Shown here: positions 6,325 to 15,761 of the stretch, piece by piece
Layout: each line of letters begins with the position of its first letter
Position numbering within the stretch: position 1 is the stretch's first letter
IMG/VR virus record: IMGVR_UViG_3300011443_000043
Location: 1 to 30,694 of that record
Strand: one strand, 5' to 3'
Source of the DNA: a virus
Lineage: Duplodnaviria > Caudoviricetes
Length of the DNA: 30,694 nt
Translations under genes and position numbers: made by a program
Notes under the pieces: generated by a model
Database searches by the model: none
The model's input: the letters and a program-made list of their open reading frames with translations, nothing else
Told to the model about the DNA's origin: nothing

Positions 6325-7531
6325 ATGTATCTTTCGGCTCGGGGTTGAATTCTCCGGTCGATCCGCCCGCGCCGCTCCCTTCATTGGCAAATGTCACTTC
6401 AAGAATGTTGCTGTCCGGAGTGAAGGCGCCGCCGCTCGAGTGCGCGACTGCCACGTAAATGGTTTGCGCCAGGCGCACCGGAACGGAGTCGAGCTGGTAA
6501 GTGAAGCCCGGCCAGACCACGTCGGCGTCGTCAGTCGTTACCAGGTCCCCGAAACTTAGGCCCGACGTTGCTGTTGCCCCGGACGCGGTGGCCGTTTCCA
6601 CTTCCGTGTCACCGATCCAGAGGTCTGCGGTCGCGCCTCCGGTGGCCACCACCAGGCGAATGCGCATGTTGGCGATCGCGTGACTCGACCCGCCATTGAG
6701 CGCGACGTTGCCGCTCGCGTCAAAGGTCAGCTCGAATCGATGCGTGCCGTCTTCGATCCGGAAGGCGACGCACTGGGCCGGGCTCGGATTGTCGCTGGTG
6801 ATTACGAATGGCGGGATGGCCAGCTCCAGCGTGAAGCCACCGCTGAACGCGCTGCCGGGCCAGCTTGTTTTTTCGAAGTAGGTCGCCGCGTCGCTGAGAG
6901 TGGTGTCAATGCGCCAGCCGCCGGCGTTTGCTTCCGTCAGTCCGGATCCGGTTTTCGTGAAGCCGTTTGTCTCCGGGTCGTTTCCGGTGTAGGTGAAGTC
7001 AGGGACCATCGCGCCGGCGCGCAGGATGTCGATGTATTTCGGGACTTCGTTGGGCCCGTACTCAAAGATTTGTTCTGAGGGGTCGTCGAGGTCGCCGCCC
7101 ATGGTCAGTGATTCAGCGATGCGCACGCGCCGGCGGGTTACCAGTCCACTGAACTCGGTGACCGCGACTGTCGCGCTGTCGGCCGTCGCATCGTTGAACA
7201 GGCCGATCACCGGCGCCGTTGTCTCGCGTTGAAACGTCAGCTCGTGTTCGATCGCGTCGGTTAATTCTCTGACTCCGCGCGTGCCGTCCGGAGCGATCGA
7301 CACGGTCGAGAGAATCGGGTTTCGATCTTCCTGGGGGTTGTAGTCAAAGGATCCGGACTCGCCCGGGCGATAGAGACCGACCAGGCGCGCGGCCGCGGGC
7401 GGCTCGCCTTTGGCACGCCGCCAGACTTCCACCGTGGCGGGCTGGACCTCGCGGGTTGGATAGTATTGCCGGCGCGCCATGGGGCGACAGACAATGTTCT
7501 TTCCTCCGGATGCTTTGCAGATTAGGTTCAT
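6308..7531 (-). CDS. Minor tail protein, beta-rich (possible lectin-like domain)
   Basis: 407-aa ORF in the tail operon; Thr/Gly/Asp-rich beta-type composition. Confidence 0.65.
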   Translation of the reverse strand: MNLICKASGGKNIVCRPMARRQYYPTREVQPATVEVWRRAKGEPPAAARLVGLYRPGESGSFDYNPQEDRNPILSTVSIAPDGTRGVRELTDAIEHELTFQRETTAPVIGLFNDATADSATVAVTEFSGLVTRRRVRIAESLTMGGDLDDPSEQIFEYGPNEVPKYIDILRAGAMVPDFTYTGNDPETNGFTKTGSGLTEANAGGWRIDTTLSDAATYFEKTSWPGSAFSGGFTLELAIPPFVITSDNPSPAQCVAFRIEDGTHRFELTFDASGNVALNGGSSHAIANMRIRLVVATGGATADLWIGDTEVETATASGATATSGLSFGDLVTTDDADVVWPGFTYQLDSVPVRLAQTIYVAVAHSSGGAFTPDSNILEVTFANEGSGAGGSTGEFNPEPKDTYEMLV

Positions 7532-7656
7532 TGCAGTAACCAGGTCACTAGCTTCACTACTCCAAAGACGAGCGGGATGAAGACAAAGAGCCCGACGGTC
7601 GGAATCACGATTACAGGACCGCAGCCCATGTTTGTGGCAGGTTTGCCGTAAGCCAT
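7528..7656 (-). CDS. 42-aa single-TM membrane protein
   Basis: Own translation MAYGKPATNMGCGPVIVIPTVGLFVFIPLVFGVVKLVTWLLQ; TGATG and ATGA overlaps with both neighbours. Confidence 0.6.
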   Translation of the reverse strand: MAYGKPATNMGCGPVIVIPTVGLFVFIPLVFGVVKLVTWLLQ

Positions 7657-7901
7657 CAGGTTGTTAACACTTCAGAAAAACCACAGATGCCGTCAGCGCG
7701 GCTGAAGCTGAAGCGCAGCAGTGTGCCGACGTCGACGGCCACGGTGTCACCGGGCACGATGCCATCAGAATCACTTGCGGTGTCGGCCAGGGGCGCGTCG
7801 TTCGTGACGTCGTAGACGCTGATCGTTTCGCTCACCAACGGCGTGGTGGTGCCGTCGTCGTTGTCGATCATGACGTCGAAGGCTGCGTAATCACTAGGCA
7901 T
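7656..7901 (-). CDS. Small acidic beta-rich tail-region protein
   Basis: 81-aa ORF with GGAGG RBS, coupled to neighbours. Confidence 0.7.
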   Translation of the reverse strand: MPSDYAAFDVMIDNDDGTTTPLVSETISVYDVTNDAPLADTASDSDGIVPGDTVAVDVGTLLRFSFSRADGICGFSEVLTT

Positions 7902-8073
7902 CGGTTACTTCCTCCAGCATGACGCGCAGAAACATCTTTTCGTCTTCGGTGAGCTTTGGCGCGATGTCCTCGCCCAGACACTTGCGGGCAAAATCTGCCA
8001 GCATCTCGCGGCGCTCAGGTGACTCGACCAGGGCGTCCAGTGAGAAGTCTTCGTCAGAAATTTCCATTCCCAT
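7894..8073 (-). CDS. 59-aa acidic hypothetical protein
   Basis: Own translation MGMEISDEDFSLDALVESPERREMLADF...EEVTDA; AGGAGG RBS 6 nt upstream; not in the ORF track. Confidence 0.65.
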   Translation of the reverse strand: MGMEISDEDFSLDALVESPERREMLADFARKCLGEDIAPKLTEDEKMFLRVMLEEVTDA

Positions 8074-8112
8074 AAGTTGCCTCCTGAAAGCACGCCGGAG
8101 GCGTGCGTACCG

Positions 8113-10332
8113 TTACACCATCAGCTTGAAGGTGACTCGATCGAATGAGTGGTTTACTTCGTCGAAGTCGACGTCGAACGGCAGCCGGCCGAAACCGCCG
8201 CCGGCGTTCAGTTCCGGAGCGGACGGCACAATCAAGGGCGCCTCGGCCGATTCAATGAAGTTGTAGTAATCAACCGAATACGCCTGCGCGGTGATTTCCA
8301 CTTTCAGATCCGGCAACCGGCGGCGGCTCAGGATCCGGAAGTACTCGAATCGCTCGCGGCCGGCGTCTTCGTTCAGGTCGTTCACAAAATCCAGCTTGCT
8401 TGAGCGAACGCGAATCACGTCGTACTTCAGCAGCGTCAGCGCGTGCAGGTACCAGGTCGTGAAAGTCACGCGCAGATTGTTAGCCAGACCGCCTTCGTCA
8501 AACTCGCCCAGGTTAAGCAGAAGGTTTCCCAGACGCGCCGCCTCGCCGAAGCTGGTGACCCCAAAAGCGTTGATGGACTTCTCAACCACACGCCGGGTGT
8601 TATCACCGAATGCGCGACCGGCGGCGAGCTGCTGCAGCTCGGATTCGAAGGGCAGCGGCGTCTGAGTGTTCTGCTGGGCCTCGTCATCAAAGCTCACCAC
8701 GTACCGGTTGCAAAGTGTCTTATCGTCTTGCATCGAATAGCGCAGCGTGGTGACTTCGTTTTCCACCAGGATGTTTCGATCTTCGCCGTAATCGATGAAC
8801 AGCGGCGCCGCGGCCAGCTCTTCTTCTGACAACCCCTTGAGTGGCTTCACCCGCTCACGGCCGGACAGGTCCGGAAAGGGCACGCTGCAGCGGCCGGCCA
8901 GACACATGTCGTAAATCTGCTGCTGGGCGGTCCGGTCGATCAGCTCGGCATTGAAAGACGAACGCACGCCGGGGGTCGAGTTTCCGTCCCGGTCGAGTTG
9001 CGTCACGCTTTCCGCATACCAGGCTGCCAGGTCGATATAGTCCTGAATTTCGACGCGCGAATAATCCAGGCCCTCACCCCAGCGCTTGTCCGTCTGGACT
9101 CGCAGCAGCCACCAGGCGCGGTCGGTCGAGTACTGTTCGGTGAAGCTGCTCTCGTCGGTGTAAACCCGGATGTCGCGCAGGCCCTGGACGTCGACCTCCG
9201 CGCGAAGCTGGTCAGCGCTGGTCTTGGTGAAATCGCCCTGCACGCGCGCGAAGAAAAGCGCGGTCCCGGAATAGTTCGAAACGTTTTTGCTGAAGCCGGT
9301 CTTTGACTGGCGGAGCTCGCCGTTCCGCACGTTCAGGTGCATGTACCCGACGCGCACGCCGTTGACTGTTTGTCCGGACTGGCCATTGATGGGCCCCTCG
9401 CAGATGGCGTATTGAACAGCAACCGCGCCACCCTCCGGATGCTTCGTGTCCGGCTCGATCGCGAAGGCGAGCAGATCCAGGTCGGAAACATGGCGCTGGC
9501 CGGCTATGACTCGCAGCGGCCGTTTGAGATTGTTGTTATTGCCGCGGGTGGTGACGCTCAGGTTGGGGCCCTTGGTTTGACCCACAGTATAACTCTCGAT
9601 CTTCGTGTCGAAGCCGAGGAACGACGGCGCGGCCGTCCCTCCCGCCTCGAGGCGCTCGATGCAGACGGCAAAGTTATTGCGCGGGCACGACGTGAACGGA
9701 CTGCCACCGTTGAGATTGCCAAAGGATCCGCCGAGGTGACGATCGTATTTGCAGTCGTTGGCTGCAACTTGTGCAGCCGTTTCCAGCAACCCGCCGAACA
9801 GCGCCGAGCAGGTCGAGAAGAATGCGCGCCGCGGCAGCGGCAACGACGAGGATCGAAAACCAAACTCGGCCGACGTCTTGAACCGATCAAGTGTGACGTC
9901 ACTCGGCGGCTGCAGGTGTCCCCACCATTGCAGCAGCAGCAGGTCGGGTTCGGGAAAGTAATAATAGATTTCAGTTTTGGGGCCGGGCCCGTGAGTGTGA
10001 AAGAGCCGGCTGATTTCATGCCGGCGCGTTACCTCGCCATCCTCCCGTTCCTCGCCATCGTAAAAGTCGAGGGTCACCTTGTCGTCACTGATGCCGGATT
10101 CCTGGGCGATGTCCAGAAAGAAGCTGCCGTCGAAGCGCAGCTCGAGGATTTGCTCGCCCTCGAGCTGGTCCAGCAGGGTCTGATTGTCGAGAATGCCGAC
10201 GGCCGATTTCGGGCCGTAGTAGATCGGGCCGTCAGGTTCCGGCCAGCGCACCAGCACCAGCTCTGCCACTCTGGGTGAAGCGATGTCCTGGAGCTCCTCG
10301 ATCTTGGCGGCGATTTCTTCGGGCGTCGGCAT
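8113..10332 (-). CDS. Tail tip/hub protein (gpL-like Cys domain plus gpJ-like domains)
   Basis: 739 aa downstream of tape measure and distal tail; four-Cys cluster; ICEGPI, NYSGTA, DVQG and WGEGL-type motifs. Confidence 0.75.
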   Translation of the reverse strand: MPTPEEIAAKIEELQDIASPRVAELVLVRWPEPDGPIYYGPKSAVGILDNQTLLDQLEGEQILELRFDGSFFLDIAQESGISDDKVTLDFYDGEEREDGEVTRRHEISRLFHTHGPGPKTEIYYYFPEPDLLLLQWWGHLQPPSDVTLDRFKTSAEFGFRSSSLPLPRRAFFSTCSALFGGLLETAAQVAANDCKYDRHLGGSFGNLNGGSPFTSCPRNNFAVCIERLEAGGTAAPSFLGFDTKIESYTVGQTKGPNLSVTTRGNNNNLKRPLRVIAGQRHVSDLDLLAFAIEPDTKHPEGGAVAVQYAICEGPINGQSGQTVNGVRVGYMHLNVRNGELRQSKTGFSKNVSNYSGTALFFARVQGDFTKTSADQLRAEVDVQGLRDIRVYTDESSFTEQYSTDRAWWLLRVQTDKRWGEGLDYSRVEIQDYIDLAAWYAESVTQLDRDGNSTPGVRSSFNAELIDRTAQQQIYDMCLAGRCSVPFPDLSGRERVKPLKGLSEEELAAAPLFIDYGEDRNILVENEVTTLRYSMQDDKTLCNRYVVSFDDEAQQNTQTPLPFESELQQLAAGRAFGDNTRRVVEKSINAFGVTSFGEAARLGNLLLNLGEFDEGGLANNLRVTFTTWYLHALTLLKYDVIRVRSSKLDFVNDLNEDAGRERFEYFRILSRRRLPDLKVEITAQAYSVDYYNFIESAEAPLIVPSAPELNAGGGFGRLPFDVDFDEVNHSFDRVTFKLMV

Positions 10333-10339
10333 CAGGTCT

Positions 10340-10525
10340 TTACTTTTCCATTCTCTGATGACACGGGCAGGTGCAATTCGCCTTGGGGCAAGAACCGCTA
10401 TGGCCCAAACCTGTCCGGCACTTGAAAGACTTTCCGTCAGTAATCCGACCCTTACCTACGGGACGGCGGGGCCGACGCTTTGAGCACTCTGTGTCCGTAG
10501 CCAGGCGCGTGACTTTTCTTTCCAT
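10340..10525 (-). CDS. Small basic Cys/His-rich protein
   Basis: CRTGLGHSGSCPKANCTCPCH; fills the gap between tail genes. Confidence 0.55.
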   Translation of the reverse strand: MERKVTRLATDTECSKRRPRRPVGKGRITDGKSFKCRTGLGHSGSCPKANCTCPCHQRMEK

Positions 10526-10539
10526 CGGTGAATCCCCGA

Positions 10540-11994
10540 TCACGCGTGAACGATTTTGACCGCGTCGCCGGTGCGATAGACATCGCCCGCAACCAGGCTG
10601 CCGGCGATGGCCGCGGCATTGTCCGCATATTCCGGAATGCTGGCGACGTTGAAGTTTGCTCCTGAGTCGGCGGGCTTAATGATGACCTTGCCCACCTGGG
10701 TGATGTCGACGCGGGCCTTGGCGAGAGTCCCGAGAATCAAATGGCCACCAGCAGCGCTGGTGCCGATGCAGGCCGCAGAACCGGGGGCGCCGACAATGAC
10801 GGTCCCGCCAGCAGCACTCTCAATCCCCACCACCATCAGCGCAGTGCCATCGCCGTTGTCTATTTGAAAGAAACACTGCTCATCCAAAGCGTTAGACACG
10901 AAGTGCGCGATTCCGCCGCTCCCTTTAATTTGAAACCTGTAGCCAGAATCGAGATCGTCGTTGATTCCCAACGCACCGAGGCGCAATAAACCTTTCACTT
11001 GCTGCAGGGCCGCATCCTGGGAGATTGCCCGCGGATACGACATGCCCTGGTTGGCGCGCTGCGCGAGCAGCTCGTGGCCGACCGCGGTCGGATGCAAGCC
11101 TGTGCCGCCGGTTTCCTGAAATAGCACTTCATCGAATGGATCCGGCAGCTCCAGCGCAAAGTCGAGCAGGAAGTCCCACTGCCCGGTTGCATTTCGTATG
11201 AGGCGGTCAAGCTCCTGTTTAGTGATTTGAAGGACGAGCGCATTGGCACCGTTGGGTGTGTTCGTACATGCCACAACTATGAAGCCGTCGGCCTTTGCGG
11301 TCGCCCAGTAGCTTTCCAGGCGTGCAAAAATCGTGGCCGCATCGTCGCCGCTGCCGTTGATGTCGTTGATGCCGATGAACACAAACAGGTACGCAGGTTT
11401 TCCGGTAATCGCAGGGCGCAGCGGGAAAACCTCCGTCGCGTACCGATCCACGATGTTCAGGGCAGGGTCTCCGCTTTCATCAATCCAGGAACCGGAAACG
11501 GCAACGTTGTTCTTGGTGCCATGGGCAAAGAACGGCAGCTCCATGGCTCGCGCTGGCCAGTCTTCCCCCTCGGCCATTCCCAGAGCCGAAGTGCGCGAGT
11601 CGCCTTCGAAGATGAAGTTGACGTCGCCGGCGCTAACGAGCAGGGGCCCGATTACCTCGACCGTGCCGTCGTTCTGGATCAGCAGGCGCGTGATGTTGCG
11701 CGTCTGCAGTGCCACCGTGCCGACGTCGTCTTCGTCAGTGTCGGCCCCGATAGTCGTTGAACCGGTATTGGCCACGCCGCCGGTGCCCCCGGTGATTCCC
11801 GTGAGGCCCGCGCCACTGAGACCGTTGAGGTCGGACGACTGCAGCGTCACCGCCCCGCGCCGGGTATTGAAGGTCTCAACCGGGTTGCCGCGCACGGTGC
11901 GCATCGTCACCTTCTTAGTGACACCAGCATGGTTGGCAACCAGCAGATCGCCGTCGTCAGGGGTGACCAGCTCATCGTATTCAGAGATTTTCAT
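10540..11994 (-). CDS. Tail appendage with SGNH/GDSL esterase domain
   Basis: N-terminal KISE...GDLLV...TKKVT fibre-type anchor; GDS, AVSG, IGIND and GLHP blocks. Confidence 0.8.
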   Translation of the reverse strand: MKISEYDELVTPDDGDLLVANHAGVTKKVTMRTVRGNPVETFNTRRGAVTLQSSDLNGLSGAGLTGITGGTGGVANTGSTTIGADTDEDDVGTVALQTRNITRLLIQNDGTVEVIGPLLVSAGDVNFIFEGDSRTSALGMAEGEDWPARAMELPFFAHGTKNNVAVSGSWIDESGDPALNIVDRYATEVFPLRPAITGKPAYLFVFIGINDINGSGDDAATIFARLESYWATAKADGFIVVACTNTPNGANALVLQITKQELDRLIRNATGQWDFLLDFALELPDPFDEVLFQETGGTGLHPTAVGHELLAQRANQGMSYPRAISQDAALQQVKGLLRLGALGINDDLDSGYRFQIKGSGGIAHFVSNALDEQCFFQIDNGDGTALMVVGIESAAGGTVIVGAPGSAACIGTSAAGGHLILGTLAKARVDITQVGKVIIKPADSGANFNVASIPEYADNAAAIAGSLVAGDVYRTGDAVKIVHA

Positions 11995-12470
11995 ATGATT
12001 GGCTCCTCGAGAATTTCGTCTCCGTTTTCATCAAGAATCGCGTCGCCGGTTTCGTCCAGAATGGGGAAGCCGGCAATCGGGGCGGTCACACCGGCCAGCC
12101 GGCGCTGCCTGAGCTGCAGCCCGGTTGAGTAGATTTTGGCGCAGAGCATTTCGAAGCTCAGGGAATGGTCCACAAACGACGCTAGGTGAAAGACGTCGTC
12201 TTTGAAGTCGAACACCCAGAAGGGCTCGTCTCCGGCGAGTTTTTTCTCTACAAAGAAGTCCCACAGATAGTCAGCTCGCGTCTGGTCTTCGACGGCGGGC
12301 GCAAACCCGGATTGTCCTGGCAGCACGGCGATCTTGATTGCCCAGGTGCGCAGACCTGAACCGATCACAGTGGCGTCCTGGAAACCTTCGCCATAGTCGG
12401 CCGTGAGCAGCGTCATGCCAATCGCGGTCTGGGTGAACTGAAAGCCGTTGACGTGTAGTTGGTCAGTCAT
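11991..12470 (-). CDS. Distal tail (gpM-like) protein
   Basis: Directly after tape measure; DYGEGFQ..., GDEPFW motifs; C-terminal ILDExG repeats. Confidence 0.7.
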   Translation of the reverse strand: MTDQLHVNGFQFTQTAIGMTLLTADYGEGFQDATVIGSGLRTWAIKIAVLPGQSGFAPAVEDQTRADYLWDFFVEKKLAGDEPFWVFDFKDDVFHLASFVDHSLSFEMLCAKIYSTGLQLRQRRLAGVTAPIAGFPILDETGDAILDENGDEILEEPII

Positions 12471-12516
12471 GGTGTTTTAAGACTCCGCTGTGTGCCCGGC
12501 ACACACGGCCTGGTTA

Positions 12517-14838
12517 TTACGCCAACCTCTGTCTCTGACCCATCAGTCGAATCAGGTCAGCGTTGCCGTCCATGGCGTCGACAACTCCGTGCGCCCCCAT
12601 GGCCACCACGGATCGCGGGCTCATCGCCTGGAGCCGCTCGATCGCCGCCGCTAATCGCCCGAGTGTTTGTTCCGAAGCGCCGCCGCTGAAGTTGCGATTC
12701 TCGGCCGCTGTCAAGACTCGCTCGCCCTGGTGAAGCCGGGCCCGATAGTTGTCATAAGGAACGTAGCGAAGGCCCGCTGCGTGGCCCGGCTCCGGGGGAG
12801 CGCCCGGATTCGGATTGCTGCTACGTCGTCGGAACGCGCCGCCCGACATGAAGCCGCCGGCGACGCTGGAAGCCGCGCCGCCATAGTCACCGCCGAGCGC
12901 CGAGCTCGCGGCGCCGGCGGCCATTGACAAGAACGCCCCGCCAGGCAGGAAACTGAGGAACGGAGCAGCAAATCCCACTATCTTGCTAAACAGACCCTGT
13001 TTTTTGGATTGCTGCTGTGAGAACATCCCGTTGATTTGGCCCAGCGCATCCTGCAGCCCGCCTTTGAAAAACTCGGTCCACTTCGACTTCGTTTCTTCGT
13101 TCGGCACGAGCTGTTTGCTCGTGTCCTTCCAACCAATGCCGAAGGCATCATCACCGGCCATCGTCTCAGCCAGACCGCCGATGACCTCTTTGTGAAAGTC
13201 TTCGTGACGTTGGGTCGCGCCCTGCATAATCTTGATACTGTCAATCATGGCGGCGTTGGCCCGAAGCTGCGCGGCGGTGATTCCGTCCAGGCTATACTCA
13301 GTTTTCTTGATGGCTTCCTCGAGCTCGAGCACTTCGTCGACGGCAGTCCGGGTATAGCCGTTGAGCTCATCGATCTGCGCTGCCTGTTTAGCGATGAAGC
13401 TCTGCTTCATTTCGGTGAAGGTTGCCCGCTTTTTGTTCTGGTCCATCTGGTTGGCGATGGCCAGCGCTAATTTTTGGAACTGAAGCGCCTCTGCCTTTAA
13501 CTCTGGAGTGAGCTTTTCGATGCCGGCCTTCAGGAAATCCTGTTCAACGCGCGCGCGTTCGGTATTGTCGCCATAGAACTGGACCTCGCGCTGCAGGTCT
13601 TCCAGGATGTCTCTGAATTTGTGAAGCGGATCGAGGGCCACGCGGGCGGATTGCCCGAGACGGGCGGCGCGACCGGCACTTTTGTCTTCCCGATCGCTGC
13701 CTAAGCCGAGGCCCTTCCGCCGGTTCAGGAAGCCGGGTGTTATGTCGCCGCCAAACTTGTCACCGGACAGGGTCTGATAGCTGTCAACCACTTCCTGCGC
13801 CGAGCCCTTGAATTCCCGCCAGAATTTGTAAGCAATACTTATAAGACCCGTGACGGGCATCAGATCCTGCAGGGTAAGGCTCTTAATTGTTCGCCAGGTC
13901 GCCATAGTCAAACTCTCTATGGTGAGCAGCACGCCTGCGATTTCCTTCCCCCATTGCTTCCAGTTTTCCCGGTTGCCGGCAAGGCCCTTATCGATCTCCA
14001 CGAACATGGTCATGAATGCCGGCAGGACTTCGAATCCGATCGTTCGAGTCATCGCCCCGAACTGAAGCTCGAACTGCTTTTTCATGTCCTGAAAATCGTT
14101 CGACGCTTCGGCGGACTCGTCATCGATCACGATGCCGAGCTCCCGCATCTTCCTCATGAACTCATCAAGATTGCCGCCCGCCTGGTTGAAGGTGCCCACG
14201 AGATTGGCGCCGAATTTCTTACCGAAAATTTCCGAGGCGGCAATCACCCGCTCCTGGTTTGAAGGCAGTTCAGCAAAGCGCTTCATGAATTGGGCCAGCG
14301 CCGCTTCGGGGTCCTGTAAGCCCTGCTTGATATCGACACCCATTCGGGCGAACGCCTTTGCCAGCTTCTCGTTACCTTCGGCCGCCTCGGCCATGTTGAT
14401 GTTGAATTTGCTGAGACCGCTGGCGAACTCTTCCACCGTTGACCCGGCGGATTCGGCGGCAAGCTTGAAGGCGGAGATCGTTTCAGCGCTGAAACCAGAC
14501 TTTTCCGAGAGTTCGAATATCTTGTCGCCCGCCTCGGCCGATTGATCGGCGAGACGGAAGAGAGCGACGCCCAGGCCCCCGACTGCCGCTCCAATCGAAG
14601 TAATTGCACCCAGGGCCAGGCCAGCCGGACCGCCGGCGAGAGAAGTAAACGAGCCGCCCAGCCGTTGGACCTTGTCGATGCTCTCAGCAGCATCCTTGTT
14701 AAAGAGCCCGAGACCGGCTTTCCACGCACCGGTGAGCTTGCCCACATGCCGCTCAGTCTGTTGCAGCGCAGCATTGGCCTTGGCGTTCGCGACCTCGATT
14801 TCTATTCGCTCTTTAAATGCTTCAATACTGCGCGCCAT
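12517..14838 (-). CDS. Tail tape measure protein
   Basis: 773 aa, Ala/Gly-rich helical; C-terminal HAAGLRYVPYDNYRARLHQGERVLTAAEN motif. Confidence 0.9.
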   Translation of the reverse strand: MARSIEAFKERIEIEVANAKANAALQQTERHVGKLTGAWKAGLGLFNKDAAESIDKVQRLGGSFTSLAGGPAGLALGAITSIGAAVGGLGVALFRLADQSAEAGDKIFELSEKSGFSAETISAFKLAAESAGSTVEEFASGLSKFNINMAEAAEGNEKLAKAFARMGVDIKQGLQDPEAALAQFMKRFAELPSNQERVIAASEIFGKKFGANLVGTFNQAGGNLDEFMRKMRELGIVIDDESAEASNDFQDMKKQFELQFGAMTRTIGFEVLPAFMTMFVEIDKGLAGNRENWKQWGKEIAGVLLTIESLTMATWRTIKSLTLQDLMPVTGLISIAYKFWREFKGSAQEVVDSYQTLSGDKFGGDITPGFLNRRKGLGLGSDREDKSAGRAARLGQSARVALDPLHKFRDILEDLQREVQFYGDNTERARVEQDFLKAGIEKLTPELKAEALQFQKLALAIANQMDQNKKRATFTEMKQSFIAKQAAQIDELNGYTRTAVDEVLELEEAIKKTEYSLDGITAAQLRANAAMIDSIKIMQGATQRHEDFHKEVIGGLAETMAGDDAFGIGWKDTSKQLVPNEETKSKWTEFFKGGLQDALGQINGMFSQQQSKKQGLFSKIVGFAAPFLSFLPGGAFLSMAAGAASSALGGDYGGAASSVAGGFMSGGAFRRRSSNPNPGAPPEPGHAAGLRYVPYDNYRARLHQGERVLTAAENRNFSGGASEQTLGRLAAAIERLQAMSPRSVVAMGAHGVVDAMDGNADLIRLMGQRQRLA

Positions 14839-14842
14839 TTTT

Positions 14843-15493
14843 TTAACCTCTGGCTGTTCTGAAGGCTCTCTTTAACTTTGCCTCGAAAATGTTGGCCCAG
14901 TGTTTCTCAACGATCCGGCGGGCCGGTCCCAGGAATATGTCCCGCTGGCGAATCTTTGCGGCTGGGGTCAGGATGTACATCGCGACCAGACGGCCGGATC
15001 TGTTTCCCATGCGTGAAGCAAAAACCCCTCGCCCCGGACGACCTTTAACGTATTGAAAGAGCACGAACCCCTTACCGGATTTGAGCGGCAGCAGCACATC
15101 ACTCTTTCCCATGAAGTCGCGCGGCCGCTGGCCTCGTTTGATTGAGTCGCGTTTCGTCCGTTTGACGTTTATCGTCGGGACCGCCAGATACCTCCCTCGC
15201 GGAAGGTTGACCACAATGCCGCCCGGCGAGCCGCGGAGAAACTTGCTCAACCAGGGCGCGGCCGTGCCAACGGTTGCCGTCAGATTCTGCTTAGTCGCGG
15301 CCTTTACTTTCACGGCAAATGGACCGGTTTTGTGCCAGGTTGTGCGCAGGGTGAAATTGTCCTCAATGGCGTCGATCGCCGCCCCGCGCGTTCGCAGCGC
15401 GACCTCGGTCAGAGTGGTCGCGAGCGCAAAGGTGGTCTGCTTATCGAGATGTATGCTGCCCTTGATTGAAATTTTGAATGTTGGGCTAAGCAC
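14843..15493 (-). CDS. Basic tail completion/neck protein (gpZ-like)
   Basis: Very basic 216-aa ORF; FALATTLT...VKAATKQNLTATV pattern. Confidence 0.55.
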   Translation of the reverse strand: MLSPTFKISIKGSIHLDKQTTFALATTLTEVALRTRGAAIDAIEDNFTLRTTWHKTGPFAVKVKAATKQNLTATVGTAAPWLSKFLRGSPGGIVVNLPRGRYLAVPTINVKRTKRDSIKRGQRPRDFMGKSDVLLPLKSGKGFVLFQYVKGRPGRGVFASRMGNRSGRLVAMYILTPAAKIRQRDIFLGPARRIVEKHWANIFEAKLKRAFRTARG

Positions 15494-15761
15494 TTGTTGA
15501 CATTTCCTCTCGCACCAGCTCCGCGATACGCCGATAAAACTTCTGATCGTCCGTCTCGTTCGCCAGTGATTGACCCTGCAAAAAGAAAAGCATCAGGTTC
15601 ACGTCTCGCTCGCTCCATCCTTCATAGATTTCGGAATAGCTCTTGTTCATCCGGGCCGCCAACGCGAGATACGGCAGCTCGGGAATGTTCAGCTCTGCGC
15701 CGCCGGTTCCGTCGCGGAGGTAGACCGCGAGTCGGTGGATGTCGCCGGCGCTTGAGTAGGG
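15486..15761 (-). CDS. Tail assembly chaperone, -1 frameshift extension (gpT-like)
   Basis: Open -1 frame PYSSAGDIHRLAVYLRDG...WSERDVNLMLFFLQG...VREEMSTSA ending at TAG 15486, overlapping the next start. Confidence 0.65.
   Translation of the reverse strand, partial: PYSSAGDIHRLAVYLRDGTGGAELNIPELPYLALAARMNKSYSEIYEGWSERDVNLMLFFLQGQSLANETDDQKFYRRIAELVREEMSTSA

Noticed and set aside
4951-7531. Diversity-generating retroelement or invertible fibre cassette
   Set aside because: No reverse transcriptase, no template/variable repeat pair and no inverted crossover sites seen in the window
7905-8093. ORF-track 62-aa ORF
   Set aside because: The overlapping frame 7894-8073 has a strong RBS and more protein-like composition
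9337-10278. Long plus-strand ORFs opposite structural genes (also 16847-17644, 18669-19493, 22146-22853, 27735-28448)
   Set aside because: Antisense shadows expected in high-GC coding DNA; no recognisable motifs
15501-15515. GTGCGAGAGGAAATG (VREEM) resembling the cassette repeat
   Set aside because: Short purine-rich SD-like match on the other strand, lacks GTGAAY-stop; probably chance
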